Positions 1-9,217 of a stretch of DNA of 47,670 nt are shown piece by piece; position 1 is the first letter of the stretch; each line of letters starts with the position of its first letter. The stretch is taken from IMG/VR virus record IMGVR_UViG_2627853701_000003; one strand, 5' to 3'. The notes beneath the pieces are model-generated. The model saw only the letters and a list, made by a program, of their open reading frames with translations, had not been told where the DNA came from and did no database searches. Position numbers and translations under genes: made by a program. The stretch comes from a virus. Its lineage: Duplodnaviria; Heunggongvirae; Uroviricota; Caudoviricetes.

Positions 1-74
1 TCCGTAACGCCTCTGCCACGCGCGTAACGTGACAGGGATTAAGGGTAAACTAATTGATTTTGCAAGTTTTTATT

Positions 75-1361
75 TTACCCTGCTTTCTTATGGGGCATAC
101 ATGGGACACTTTCAGATAGTCTTTTGTTAAGGAGTTCTATCTGTTCGTGATTGTTGTCTTTCATCCATGCTCCGTAAACATTGAATACCATTTGTGCGTT
201 TGTGTGGCCCATCTGGCTTGCGATAAAACTAGGATTAGCTCCTGCGGCAAGTGACCAGCATGCATAAGTATGCCTGGATTGGTACGATTTTCTGTGTCTC
301 AGACCTGCGCGTTTTAAGATACTTGTCCATGACTCCCTGATGGAGTCAACCTTGTAGTGAGGTCCGGACAACTGCTGCTGTTTTGTTACCTGAGGACTAA
401 AAACAAAAGTGCATTTATGCACAGCAGTTCTCCCATATTCCCTCTGCTTCACCTCTACAGAATGTTGCTTTCCAAGCATGGTCATTTCCGCCTGGCTTTT
501 AAGAGCATCAATAGCTGGTTGAACCAGATGAATTGTCCTTCCGGTGCCTGCATCGGTTTTTGGTGGAGTGAATTCGCCAAGTTTTGTATAATTTCTACGG
601 ATGGTTATAGTCCTTGCTTTAAGGTCTATATCTTCCCATGCCAGCGATACCAACTCCCCGTGACGAATACCCGTGTATACAGCGAGAATCCACAGGTTTT
701 TTGTTTGTTGATGACGGCAAGCCTCAATAAAACGAATAAATTCGTCACGGGTGAGAGGATCTGGTTTTACCTTGGACTTTTTTAAGGGAGCCAGACCGTT
801 AAATGGGTTTCCTGAGGTATAACCATTATCTGTTGCAAATTGAAACATTCCAGCTATGGTTGTCATATAGTAGTTTACCGTGACCACTGAGCGCCCTTTT
901 ATGGAAGAAGTCTTTCCATTAGAAAGCTTTTGGTAACCGGTCAACAAATCTCTCCTTACGAAAAGTAAATCCTCTTTTGTTATGGATGAAACCAGTTTTT
1001 TTTCACCTAACATTGGTAACATGTTTTTAATTACTGACTGGTAACGGTTAAGTGCATTCGCACAAATCTCAATTTTCTTAAGGTCCAACCATTTTTCCGA
1101 AAGTGCCTTAACGGTTATCTCTCTTTTTCCCAGACCAAAGTGTTTCAGGTTAGGGGAATTAGGGAACTGCGCGGCGTAGTCGAAACTCCCCATTCTGATT
1201 GCAAAACAAACGGAAGTGCGAAGTTCACCAGCGATCTTCCGGTTTTTGGCTGTGTCAGGAACACCGAGGTTTTCTCTGACACGTTTGCCATTATAGTGAA
1301 ACCATATACGGAGTGATCCGCCATGGTTTTCAACGCCTGTCGGGTATGATGCGTTACTCAT
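75..1361 (-). CDS. int: phage tyrosine integrase
   Basis: 428-aa ATG-initiated ORF at the prophage left end; C-terminal tyrosine-recombinase signature (LRHRKSYQSRHTYACW ... HTNAQMVFNVYGAW); position and orientation match lambdoid int beside attL. Confidence 0.85.
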   Translation of the reverse strand: MSNASYPTGVENHGGSLRIWFHYNGKRVRENLGVPDTAKNRKIAGELRTSVCFAIRMGSFDYAAQFPNSPNLKHFGLGKREITVKALSEKWLDLKKIEICANALNRYQSVIKNMLPMLGEKKLVSSITKEDLLFVRRDLLTGYQKLSNGKTSSIKGRSVVTVNYYMTTIAGMFQFATDNGYTSGNPFNGLAPLKKSKVKPDPLTRDEFIRFIEACRHQQTKNLWILAVYTGIRHGELVSLAWEDIDLKARTITIRRNYTKLGEFTPPKTDAGTGRTIHLVQPAIDALKSQAEMTMLGKQHSVEVKQREYGRTAVHKCTFVFSPQVTKQQQLSGPHYKVDSIRESWTSILKRAGLRHRKSYQSRHTYACWSLAAGANPSFIASQMGHTNAQMVFNVYGAWMKDNNHEQIELLNKRLSESVPCMPHKKAG

Positions 1362-1394
1362 TAAACCTCCCAGACGTCCAGGAGCATTAACAGG

Positions 1395-1649
1395 TTAACC
1401 GGAACTTGCATTTTTGGCACCTGGTTGTTTCTGGTTTTCGATCCATCGCATAATTTCTTCGATGTTGTACAGGCATTCACTGTAATGCCCAGGATCACCT
1501 TCTACAGCGTAATGGCGGTATTCTTTTCCCTGCATCCATGACTTTCTTCTGGCCCGCTCGATGGTGCCGGGCTTTAGCCCTGTTGATGCAATAAGGACTC
1601 TCTCCGTACACCATTTGCTGGGGGTTATCTGATAGATGATTGTCTGCAT
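1395..1649 (-). CDS. small protein in the excisionase position (putative Xis-like)
   Basis: 84-aa ORF directly upstream of int on the same strand; assigned by position only. Confidence 0.35.
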   Translation of the reverse strand: MQTIIYQITPSKWCTERVLIASTGLKPGTIERARRKSWMQGKEYRHYAVEGDPGHYSECLYNIEEIMRWIENQKQPGAKNASSG

Positions 1650-1805
1650 GCCAACCTCATAAAACTTTCATCCACGGCAGTGGCACCACACGTCAAACAT
1701 TCGTTTCACAACTTCACGGCAGTAGAAGCCGTCGACATCACGGTTCAGGTCGTAGCGATTGCCGAATGTCTTGCGAACCCAGAACTCAAAAGCCGTATGC
1801 ATGTA

Positions 1806-2048
1806 TCACCTCCGTTGCATTGCGCGTAATTTTTTCAGGCGCATTTCCTGCTCAGTGCCCGCCAGAATTTTGCGGTACTCCTGTTGGTCAATATGTTCGA
1901 ACAGGTTGTTGAACTCACCAATGCGTACCCGTCCGGAGCGCCCGTCCATGCGTCGAAAGAACACTGAGTGCTGAGTACTGCGAGTAATCACCACAGGGTA
2001 TCCGGCTCTGTCCGTGTATATCTGACCACGTTGAATCAGAGCGAACAT
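1806..2048 (-). CDS. hypothetical early-region protein
   Basis: 80-aa ORF co-oriented with int/xis; no recognisable motif. Confidence 0.3.
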   Translation of the reverse strand: MFALIQRGQIYTDRAGYPVVITRSTQHSVFFRRMDGRSGRVRIGEFNNLFEHIDQQEYRKILAGTEQEMRLKKLRAMQRR

Positions 2049-2135
2049 TCCTTTATCCCCAGCGGAAAAGCGAATACAGAATAAATGCCACCGCTATTGC
2101 AACTCCAACTGCGGTGAATGCTTCAGGCCAATTCA

Positions 2136-2498
2136 TCATTTCACCTCCTGCGGCGGCTCCGGTAGCGGCATCCAGTGGGTTACTTTCGATGCCGGTTCTT
2201 CCCCATTGTCAGTAACTGCCCACCATTTGTTTCTCGAACAATCGTAATACCCTTCGAAGGTATCGCACTCAGTCCAGCCGTAAGACTTCCCCCAACACCA
2301 AACATACTGTTTATCGTTCGGCATTCGCTCACTACAGCTTATCCAACCATCCGGAGTTACCGGAGAGTTGCCAGCCTTGCGCATGGCAATCTCCATGATT
2401 TCAACCATATCTCCTGGTGGAATTTTACAATGCTGACCAATATGCCTCTGCTGCCTGGCATATTCGAGGATGTGCTCCAGCTTGATACGATTAATCAT
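2136..2498 (-). CDS. DUF551-like phage protein
   Basis: 120-aa ORF with C-terminal W-x-PLPEPP motif typical of DUF551 prophage proteins; abuts the next ORF. Confidence 0.45.
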   Translation of the reverse strand: MINRIKLEHILEYARQQRHIGQHCKIPPGDMVEIMEIAMRKAGNSPVTPDGWISCSERMPNDKQYVWCWGKSYGWTECDTFEGYYDCSRNKWWAVTDNGEEPASKVTHWMPLPEPPQEVK

Positions 2499-2851
2499 GA
2501 TTTATCTCCCTGAAGCATGGCTTCGCGGCAGTCGTTCCAGCCTTCAGCATAATCACTATACGCAAGAGGCCAACCGTTTCTGTATTCACGCGGCAACTTA
2601 TCAGGCACTACCAGCGCTGGCGGCGCGGAGAATAGTGGTTTAGGTGATATTTCCGCACGTTTTGCGTATGCTTCAACTGTGTCAGGGTTAAACAGGATTA
2701 TGTTTTCACCGCATTCCCACGCTATCGGTTCTGCTTCCAGCGATGCCAGTGCAATTTCATAAGCACGGCGCTCAATATTGTCTCGAACGTCCAGGCTGCC
2801 TATGCGCTCTTTGATTTCTTTAATCAGTTCTTTGTCGGTAATAGTGGTCAT
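2495..2851 (-). CDS. hypothetical phage accessory protein
   Basis: 118-aa ORF with 4-nt overlap to neighbours, typical of a tightly packed early accessory operon. Confidence 0.4.
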   Translation of the reverse strand: MTTITDKELIKEIKERIGSLDVRDNIERRAYEIALASLEAEPIAWECGENIILFNPDTVEAYAKRAEISPKPLFSAPPALVVPDKLPREYRNGWPLAYSDYAEGWNDCREAMLQGDKS

Positions 2852-3207
2852 GCCGCGTTTCCTTCTTTCTTATTAACAATTACACCGTCATATATTTCAT
2901 TAAGGTGCCCTCTCAACTCCATGCGCCTTAATGCAGACAACATGTAATCGCATTCAACCTGCTTATTTCCAGTAAATGGCTTATCGTCAGGATTACCCCA
3001 ACAGCAATTACCCTTGGGCCACCCATGTACTTTCCGTACTCTTCCGTTAACAACGTGAAGTAATCCCCAGCCAGGTGGTAAATCCTCAATTGAAATAATT
3101 CCCGGCTCACTAATAAAGAATCGCCAGTCGCCCATTCCAAGAGACGGATTTTTACGAAAACGCTTTTTTCTATCTGCCAACAAGTCAGCACGAGAACATT
3201 TCGCCAA
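2848..3207 (-). CDS. hypothetical phage accessory protein, possibly the 3' part of a frameshifted gene continuing from 3185-3391
   Basis: 119-aa ORF; an upstream 68-aa ORF (3185-3391) overlaps it by 23 nt in another frame. Confidence 0.3.
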   Translation of the reverse strand: MAKCSRADLLADRKKRFRKNPSLGMGDWRFFISEPGIISIEDLPPGWGLLHVVNGRVRKVHGWPKGNCCWGNPDDKPFTGNKQVECDYMLSALRRMELRGHLNEIYDGVIVNKKEGNAA

Positions 3208-3362
3208 TCAGGCATGATGCTGAATTTCTGAATCCCATAGCATCTGGCTGTTCTCCGGTACTGGTTACAGCTATAAAGCGGTCATGAAAACAAACCTTGA
3301 AACCGTTGCGCTTAAGGAACTTGTACGCAATCTGACAGAGTTCGCGGTGTGTTAACGCCATA

Positions 3363-4310
3363 TCACTCTCCTTTGATGCGAATGCCAGCAAGCCAGTTTC
3401 TTATGCCGATATATTCAGCGTTCCTGAAACCGCTTTTTACATATATAAATGGCAAGCGAAGATTGTGACCATTGACTGCCAGGTAGTCTTTACAACCCTG
3501 TTCGGTGAAACAGCAGGTAACGAATTCATCAATATCTTTCACAGCAACGCGCCGCCATTTTTCTGGTGGCTCTCGAAAGTTTTCATGAAGTAGCTCGAGA
3601 CGACGACTATGGCGTTTATTGGCTTCATTGCCATCTTCGTCAACCCAGACAATCCGGTCATGGTCATAATCAGCATCAACAGCGATTTCGCGCTTTTGAT
3701 ACACACAAAACATGGGATCTGACGTTATTCGATTGTCCTGTGTTCGAATATTTTCACCGATGATGCCAAACGAATCTGGTGCAGATTTTGTCTGCATCTC
3801 TTCGATACGTTCAGCCATCGCAGCACACTCTTCAAAGTTGCTTAATGCTTTTCGCTCCCATTCGGCGCATTGTTTTTCCAGTTCTGCTATGCGCTTACTT
3901 CCATCCGCGATTACTCCCTCGTAATATTCACGCTGCTCGTTGAGTTTTGATTTTGCTGCTTCAAGCTCAACACGCAGCTTCCCAACCGTAAGCGCAATCT
4001 CCTCGTTCTCCTGGTCGCGGCGTTTGATGTATTGCTGGTTTCTTTCCCGTTCATCCAGAAGCGCCAGCGCAACATTTGGATTAAAGGCAGCAATAAATTC
4101 AGCGTTTGCATAAGCCTGAACATCTGTTTCAACCAGGCAGTTAACATGACATTCCGCAATCACACCACCGGGTTCTCCTTTCCATTTTTGGCAAACAAAA
4201 ACTCCTGTTAAATTGCCGTGCTGGTTAACAGATGTATGCCCTACGATGTAGCTTCCTTTAGTTGCTTTCTCTGCCTTTTCACGCAGTGCCTGATAATTAA
4301 TTTCGCTCAC
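3363..4310 (-). CDS. Ead/Ea22-like early accessory protein
   Basis: 315-aa ORF with N-terminus MSEINYQALREKAEKATKG and a coiled-coil-rich middle, as I recall for Ea22-like proteins of lambdoid prophages. Confidence 0.5.
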   Translation of the reverse strand: MSEINYQALREKAEKATKGSYIVGHTSVNQHGNLTGVFVCQKWKGEPGGVIAECHVNCLVETDVQAYANAEFIAAFNPNVALALLDERERNQQYIKRRDQENEEIALTVGKLRVELEAAKSKLNEQREYYEGVIADGSKRIAELEKQCAEWERKALSNFEECAAMAERIEEMQTKSAPDSFGIIGENIRTQDNRITSDPMFCVYQKREIAVDADYDHDRIVWVDEDGNEANKRHSRRLELLHENFREPPEKWRRVAVKDIDEFVTCCFTEQGCKDYLAVNGHNLRLPFIYVKSGFRNAEYIGIRNWLAGIRIKGE

Positions 4311-4528
4311 TTCGAACCTCTCTGTTTACTGATAAGCTCCAGATCCTCCTGGCAACTTGCACAAGTCCGACAACCCTGAACTGCCAGGCGTCTTCGTTCA
4401 TCTATCGGATCGCCACACTCACAACAATGAGTTGCGGATACAGTCTGGTAGTTCAGGCGACGCATTTTTATTGCTGTATTGCGCTGTAATTCTTCAATTT
4501 CTGATGCTGAATCAATGATGTCTGCCAT
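4307..4528 (-). CDS. TraR/DksA-family C4 zinc-finger protein
   Basis: 73-aa ORF with CECG...CRTCASC (CxxC-x17-CxxC) zinc-finger spacing. Confidence 0.6.
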   Translation of the reverse strand: MADIIDSASEIEELQRNTAIKMRRLNYQTVSATHCCECGDPIDERRRLAVQGCRTCASCQEDLELISKQRGSK

Positions 4529-4626
4529 CTTACATTAATCCCTGAATTGTTGGTTAATACGCTTGAGGGTGAATGCGAACAATAAAAAAGGAGCCTGTAG
4601 CTCCCTGATGATTTTGCTTTTCATGT

Positions 4627-4908
4627 TCATCGCTCCTTAAAGACGCCGTTTAACATGCCGATCGCCAGACTTAAATGAGTCGGTGTGAATCCCATTAGCG
4701 TTACCGTTTCGCGGTGCTTCTTCAGTACGCTACGGCAAATGTCATCGACGTTTTTATCCGGAAACTGCTGTCTGGCTTTTTTGATTTCAGAATTAGCCTG
4801 ACGGGCAATGCTGCGAAGGGCGTTTTCCTGCTGAGGTGTCATTGAACAAGTCCCATGTCGGCAAGCATAAGCACACAGAATATGAAGCCTGCTGCCAGAA
4901 AAATGCAT
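4627..4908 (-). CDS. hypothetical protein
   Basis: 93-aa ORF; true start may be the internal Met (MTPQQENAL...). Confidence 0.3.
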   Translation of the reverse strand: MHFSGSRLHILCAYACRHGTCSMTPQQENALRSIARQANSEIKKARQQFPDKNVDDICRSVLKKHRETVTLMGFTPTHLSLAIGMLNGVFKER

Positions 4909-4918
4909 TCTGTTGTTG

Positions 4919-5110
4919 TCATGCCGGGTCTCTCTCGTTTGCTTCTGCTTTCGCCGCCATCATTTCCAGCTTTTGTGAAAGGGATGTGGCTAACGTATGA
5001 AATTCTTCGTCTGTTTCTACTGGTATTGGCACAAACCTGACTCCAATTTGAGCGAGGCTATGTGCCATCCCGATACTCGTTCTTAATTCAACAGGAGATG
5101 CTTTGTGCAT
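4919..5110 (-). CDS. hypothetical protein
   Basis: 63-aa ORF co-oriented with the Red operon. Confidence 0.3.
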   Translation of the reverse strand: MHKASPVELRTSIGMAHSLAQIGVRFVPIPVETDEEFHTLATSLSQKLEMMAAKAEANERDPA

Positions 5111-5264
5111 ACAGCCCCTCGTTTATTATTTATCTCTTCAGCCAGCCGCTGTGCTTTCAGTGGATTTCGGATAACAGAAAGGCCGGGAAATACCCAGCCT
5201 CGCTTTGTAACGGAGTAGACGAAAGTGATCGTGCCTACCCGGATATTATCGTGAGGATGCTTCA

Positions 5265-5942
5265 TTACCATTGCTCCCCATATACAAAACCAATTTCAGC
5301 CAGTGCCTCGTCCATTTTTTCGATGAACTCCGGCACCATCTCGTCAAAACTCGCCATGTACTTTTCATTCCGCTCAATCACGACATAATGCAGGCCTTCA
5401 CGCTTCATGCGCGGGTCATAGTTGGCAAAGTACCAGGCATCTTTTCGTGTCACCCACATGCTGTACTGCACCTGGGCCATGTAAGCCGATTTTATGGCCT
5501 CGAAACCACCGAGCCGGAACTTCATGAAATCCCGGGAGGTAAACGGGCATTTCAGCTCAAGGCCGTTGCCGTCACTGCATAAACCATCGGGAGAGCAGGC
5601 GGTGCGCATACTTTCGTCGCGATAGATGATCGGGGATTCAGTAACATTCACGCCGGAAGTGAACTCAAAGAGGGTTCTGGCGTCGTTCTCGTACTGTTTT
5701 CCCCAGGCCAGAGCCTTAGCGTTAACTTCCGGAGCCACACCGGTGCAAACCTCAGCCAGCAGGGTGTGGAAGTAGGACATTTTCATGTCAGGCCACTTCT
5801 TTCCTGATCGGGGTTTTGCTATTACGTTGTGAATTTCTGAAGCTGTGATGACGCCGAGCCGTAATTTGTGCCACGCATCATCTCCCTGTTCGACAGCTCT
5901 CACGTCGATCCCAGTACGCTGCAGGATAATGTCCGGTGTCAT
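5265..5942 (-). CDS. exo: lambda-type exonuclease (Red alpha)
   Basis: 225-aa product ([36 protein letters not shown]...) is near-identical to lambda Exo as I recall it. Confidence 0.95.
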   Translation of the reverse strand: MTPDIILQRTGIDVRAVEQGDDAWHKLRLGVITASEIHNVIAKPRSGKKWPDMKMSYFHTLLAEVCTGVAPEVNAKALAWGKQYENDARTLFEFTSGVNVTESPIIYRDESMRTACSPDGLCSDGNGLELKCPFTSRDFMKFRLGGFEAIKSAYMAQVQYSMWVTRKDAWYFANYDPRMKREGLHYVVIERNEKYMASFDEMVPEFIEKMDEALAEIGFVYGEQW

Positions 5943-6724
5943 GCTGCCACCTTCTGTTCAGTGGCTTTTTGTTTCAGGAATCCAAGAGCTTTTACTGCTT
6001 CGGCCTGTGTCAGTTCTGACGATGCACGAATGTCGCGGCGAAATATCTGGGAACAGAGCGGCAATAAGTCGTCATCCCATGTTTTATCCAGGGCGATCAG
6101 CAGAGTGTTAATTTCCTGCATGGTTTCATCGTTAACCGGAGTGATGTCGCGTTCCGGCTGACGTTCTGCAGTGTATGCGGTATTTTCGACAATGCGCTCG
6201 GCTTCATCCTTGTCATAGATACCAGCAAATCCGAAGGCGAGACGGGCACACTGAATCATGGCTTTATGACGTAACATCCGTTTGGGATGCGACTGCCACG
6301 GCCCCGTGATTTCTCTGCCTTCGCGGGTTTTGAATGGTTCGCGGCGGCATTCATCCATCCACTCGGTAACGCAGATCGGATGATTACGGTCCTTGCGGTA
6401 AATCCGGCATGTGCAGGATTCATTGTCCTGCTCAAAGTCCATGCCATCAAACTGCTGGTTTTCGTTGATGATGCGGGACCAGCCATCAACGCCCACCACC
6501 GGAACGATGCCGTTCTGCTTATCAGGGAAGGCGTAAATTTCTTTCGTCCACGGATTAAGGCCGTACTGGTTGGCGACGATCAACAATGCGATGAACTGCG
6601 CATCGCTGGCATCACCTTTAAATGCCGTCTGGCGAAGAGTGGTGATCAGTTCCTGTGGGTCGACAGAATCCATGCCGACACGTTCAGCCAGCTTCCCTGC
6701 CAGCGTTGCGAGTGCTGTACTCAT
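5939..6724 (-). CDS. bet: lambda-type recombination protein Bet (Red beta)
   Basis: 261-aa product ([59 protein letters not shown]...) matches lambda Bet; 4-nt overlap with exo. Confidence 0.95.
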   Translation of the reverse strand: MSTALATLAGKLAERVGMDSVDPQELITTLRQTAFKGDASDAQFIALLIVANQYGLNPWTKEIYAFPDKQNGIVPVVGVDGWSRIINENQQFDGMDFEQDNESCTCRIYRKDRNHPICVTEWMDECRREPFKTREGREITGPWQSHPKRMLRHKAMIQCARLAFGFAGIYDKDEAERIVENTAYTAERQPERDITPVNDETMQEINTLLIALDKTWDDDLLPLCSQIFRRDIRASSELTQAEAVKALGFLKQKATEQKVAA

Positions 6725-6729
6725 CCGTT

Positions 6730-7026
6730 TTATACCTCTGAATCAATATCAACCTGGTGGTGAGCAATGGTTTCAACCATGTACCGGATGTGTTCTGCCA
6801 TGCGCTCCTGAAACTCAACATCGTCATCAAACGCACGGGTAATGGCTTTTTTGCTGGCCCCGTGGCGTTGCAAATGATCGATGCAGAGTGATTCAAACAG
6901 GTGCTGTGGAAGACCTTTTTCCATGTCGTCTGCCAGTTCTGCCTCTTTCTCTTCACGGGCAATCTGCTGGTAATGACGCGCCCAGCTCTGAGCCTCAAGA
7001 CGATCCTGAATGTAATAAGCGTTCAT
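6730..7026 (-). CDS. gam: RecBCD inhibitor Gam (short GamS form)
   Basis: 98-aa product [56 protein letters not shown]... matches lambda Gam; the upstream in-frame extension has no ATG before a stop. Confidence 0.9.
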   Translation of the reverse strand: MNAYYIQDRLEAQSWARHYQQIAREEKEAELADDMEKGLPQHLFESLCIDHLQRHGASKKAITRAFDDDVEFQERMAEHIRYMVETIAHHQVDIDSEV

Positions 7027-7101
7027 GGCTGAACTCCTGAAAATGGCTGTGAATATATCGCCCGCGAAATGCCGGGCTGATTAGGTAAACAGGAAAGGGG
7101 A

Positions 7102-7512
7102 TTAGTGATTCAGGCCGTTGCCGCGTCCGTCGAGAAAAACTTCCACGAGCAAATCACGGGTATAAGTGCGCTCGATGCCGCGATGCAGATAAAGCCGTCC
7201 GCGTAAATTAGCTGATGCAGTCCAGGTACCATCTTTGTGTTTGACCAGCATTCCTGGCATGACCGCACCGCGATTAACGGTCTGCGTTCCGTAATGTTGA
7301 TGAACCATAAAAACTCCTGCCCGTAAGCTGGGCTGCTGAACATATAGAGACTTCTGCGCGTATTCAGGCGGTGGATGGCCGCCGGTTGTCATAACTAAGC
7401 CGCCTCGTTGAAGCGACTGAGGTATGAGGTGTTGAGTTGATTTCAGCTGGTCACACCGACGTTCACGCGTCCACTTCACCCCTCGCACTTCCCGGAGCCT
7501 GCTGAAATTCAA
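7102..7512 (-). CDS. first ORF of the leftward early operon (function unknown; occupies the N/kil position)
   Basis: 136-codon ORF that begins with TTG; first in-frame ATG is further in; Arg-rich N-terminus; a 77-aa ORF in another frame (7110-7343) overlaps it. Gene boundaries unresolved. Confidence 0.25.
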   Translation of the reverse strand: MNFSRLREVRGVKWTRERRCDQLKSTQHLIPQSLQRGGLVMTTGGHPPPEYAQKSLYVQQPSLRAGVFMVHQHYGTQTVNRGAVMPGMLVKHKDGTWTASANLRGRLYLHRGIERTYTRDLLVEVFLDGRGNGLNH

Positions 7513-7529
7513 GCTGCGGATCTAAGCGG

Positions 7530-7579
7530 TCATCGCAACGGTGAATCAGGTGGTTGCCGTATCGTTGTGTTGTTGCGAT
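7530..7579 (-). promoter_or_regulatory. 9-bp inverted repeat (CATCGCAAC ... GTTGCGATG) at the predicted 5' end of the pL transcript
   Basis: Perfect 9-bp arms with a 32-nt spacer, directly downstream of the predicted pL -10. Confidence 0.35.
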
Positions 7580-7583
7580 GAAT

Positions 7584-7660
7584 TTATTTAAAACTATAGT
7601 TGTTTTGTCGTCAACAACAAAAGTTGTTTTATTGGTTTTTTTAGATGTAAATGGTTGTAT
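7584..7660 (-). promoter_or_regulatory. OL/pL: leftward early promoter with operator half-sites
   Basis: Minus strand reads TTGACG-17nt-TTAAAT, nearly identical to the pR sequence TTGACT-17nt-TAATCT; flanked by GTTGTT/AACAAC and ATGGTTGT half-sites shared with OR. Confidence 0.55.
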
Positions 7661-7766
7661 TTAGGATGGATTTATTTTGTGACTTGCATCGCATAGCGAT
7701 AACTGAAGCGAGGTCGTGGTGGTTTTTTGAATGGTTTGTGTGATGAGGGGGAGGGGCAAAAGAAAA

Positions 7767-7784
7767 CCCGGCACGGTGGCCGGG
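7767..7784 (-). terminator. rho-independent terminator ending the cI-downstream cassette
   Basis: Minus-strand hairpin CCCGGCCACCGUGCCGGG followed by UUUUCUUUUG, 4 nt after the stop of the 7789-8166 gene. Confidence 0.7.
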
Positions 7785-7788
7785 ATTC

Positions 7789-8166
7789 TTACGCAGGTAG
7801 GTAAAGATATGATTGTGGTGGCTTAATATTACTACCTAGAGCAGAGATAGGAATTGGTTCTTTATATCTTTCCACTTCACCAATTTTTATTGCGTAGGCC
7901 TTTTCTCTACCTGAATAATATGAGTCATAAAATTGCTTAGAAATACCTGCGTGTTTTTCCGTCTTTTTCCAAAGAGATTCCGGTTCGTCACTTAGTATTG
8001 ATTCAATACGGAATTGACCAACAACTTTACCTAATGGCATCGTGGCATAAATAACAACGGTGCTAATTTGCGGATTTTTGAATATACCTTTACGAAACTC
8101 GAACCGCTTTGTTCCGTTCAATATTTTTTCTGCAAACTCAGGCTTAATGGATAATAAAACTTTCAT
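7789..8166 (-). CDS. ASCH-like (PUA-fold) small protein, second gene of the rex-slot cassette
   Basis: 125-aa ATG ORF; N-terminus MKVLLSIKPEFAEKILNGTKRFEFRKG matches the ASCH-domain pattern as I recall it; roughly 32% GC against about 50% for the surrounding phage; overlaps the upstream gene by 23 nt. Confidence 0.55.
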   Translation of the reverse strand: MKVLLSIKPEFAEKILNGTKRFEFRKGIFKNPQISTVVIYATMPLGKVVGQFRIESILSDEPESLWKKTEKHAGISKQFYDSYYSGREKAYAIKIGEVERYKEPIPISALGSNIKPPQSYLYLPA

Positions 8167-9217
8167 TTATCTTGCCTAACTCGATGATCTTTAAGAACTG
8201 CTCATTTGTGAGTTTAAAGTGACTCCATCGGAATGCACGCGAACCATTTAGCCCCACATGATCTATTAAAATAGCACGATTGGGTCTCTTTGGCAAAGAC
8301 AGATTGTATGTGAATCTTATAATGAAAGGGTATCGACGTTCTTTATAGATTTTTCTGAGTTCATCTTCAGAAAATACGCTAAAACGAATACAATAGTCTA
8401 CAAAACTATCTTCGCTTAAAAATTCAGAAATATTTTTTACGCTCTCAACTACACATAATGTACTGGCTACAGAACGATAGCGAGCTGGCCCTTTTTTGTC
8501 TCCGGTTCTATAGATGACAATGATATCTCCTCTTTTCATTCCCATCACAGAACGCATTCCACATATGTAAATTTTATGAATGCTGTTAGCATGGGATATA
8601 TCTTTGACAATATCTGGTGATTCATTTACAAGTTTTGAATCAGGGAATAGTCTAGTGTGATATTCGGGATAAATCGCCAGTAAATATTTGTTGGCTCTTG
8701 ATGTCATTATTCGAGGGTAATCTAATAAAATATCACCATAAGGCTCATGCAAAGACCTCGCATATACAAACTCTTTCCCGTTATGTGTTTCTTTTTCACC
8801 ATGAATGTAAAATCCGTACGTTTGGAAAAGTTTTATTAGATGGACGTGTTTGTCGAAAACAGTAACATAAATATCATCAGATTTTGATGAAAATGCATGG
8901 TCAAACGCTTTTTTTAGAAATCGTTGTCCGCGAAGGGTGCCTTTAGATTCAAATTTGAATGTTCCTATCTTTAGATGACGTCCTGGTGGGAGCGCTGGAT
9001 TAATGTCATTTGCATCATCATTTTCTTTTAGATACATAAAACCTTCGATTTTATGCTTGTCATCATAGAGCACATAAGCTGATTCTCCTTCTCTGGCTTT
9101 TTTTTCTAACCAAAGAGGAAACTCTTTATAATCTTTTTTTAAAGAGTCAAAAAATGGGTCATTGTGATCAAAATCAGAGAATTTCTCATATTTTAAAGTA
9201 TCCATTAAGTTCTCCAT
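8144..9217 (-). CDS. GNAT-like acyltransferase domain fused to a PUA-like (EVE/ASCH-like) domain, first gene of the rex-slot cassette
   Basis: 357-aa ATG ORF (a second ATG at 9205 has a better GGAGA Shine-Dalgarno). Residues about 60-150 read like a GNAT core (LKIGTFKF..GTLRGQRFLKKAFDHAF..DDIYVTVFDKHVHLIKLFQTYGFYIHGE); residues about 215-260 read like a PUA-type module (MKRGDIIVIYRTGDKKGPARYRSVASTLCVVESV). Low GC. Domain calls are from motif reading only. Confidence 0.45.
   Translation of the reverse strand: MENLMDTLKYEKFSDFDHNDPFFDSLKKDYKEFPLWLEKKAREGESAYVLYDDKHKIEGFMYLKENDDANDINPALPPGRHLKIGTFKFESKGTLRGQRFLKKAFDHAFSSKSDDIYVTVFDKHVHLIKLFQTYGFYIHGEKETHNGKEFVYARSLHEPYGDILLDYPRIMTSRANKYLLAIYPEYHTRLFPDSKLVNESPDIVKDISHANSIHKIYICGMRSVMGMKRGDIIVIYRTGDKKGPARYRSVASTLCVVESVKNISEFLSEDSFVDYCIRFSVFSEDELRKIYKERRYPFIIRFTYNLSLPKRPNRAILIDHVGLNGSRAFRWSHFKLTNEQFLKIIELGKINESFIIH

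Noticed and set aside
1-74. attL core / tRNA integration site at the left end, and attR at 47100-47420
   Set aside because: No tRNA-like sequence and no direct repeat of 12 bp or more shared between the two ends could be found by eye; the att cores probably lie outside the window or are too short to call without a comparison genome.
7110-7343. 77-aa ORF as a kil-like gene
   Set aside because: It overlaps the 7102-7512 ORF in another frame and I could not match either frame to Kil, cIII or N from memory; which frame is coding remains unresolved.
7789-9217. Identification of the rex-slot cassette as the RnlA-RnlB toxin-antitoxin pair
   Set aside because: Only the sizes (357 aa and about 125 aa) coincide; the sequences do not resemble RnlA/RnlB as I recall them, and the motifs point to GNAT and PUA-fold domains instead.
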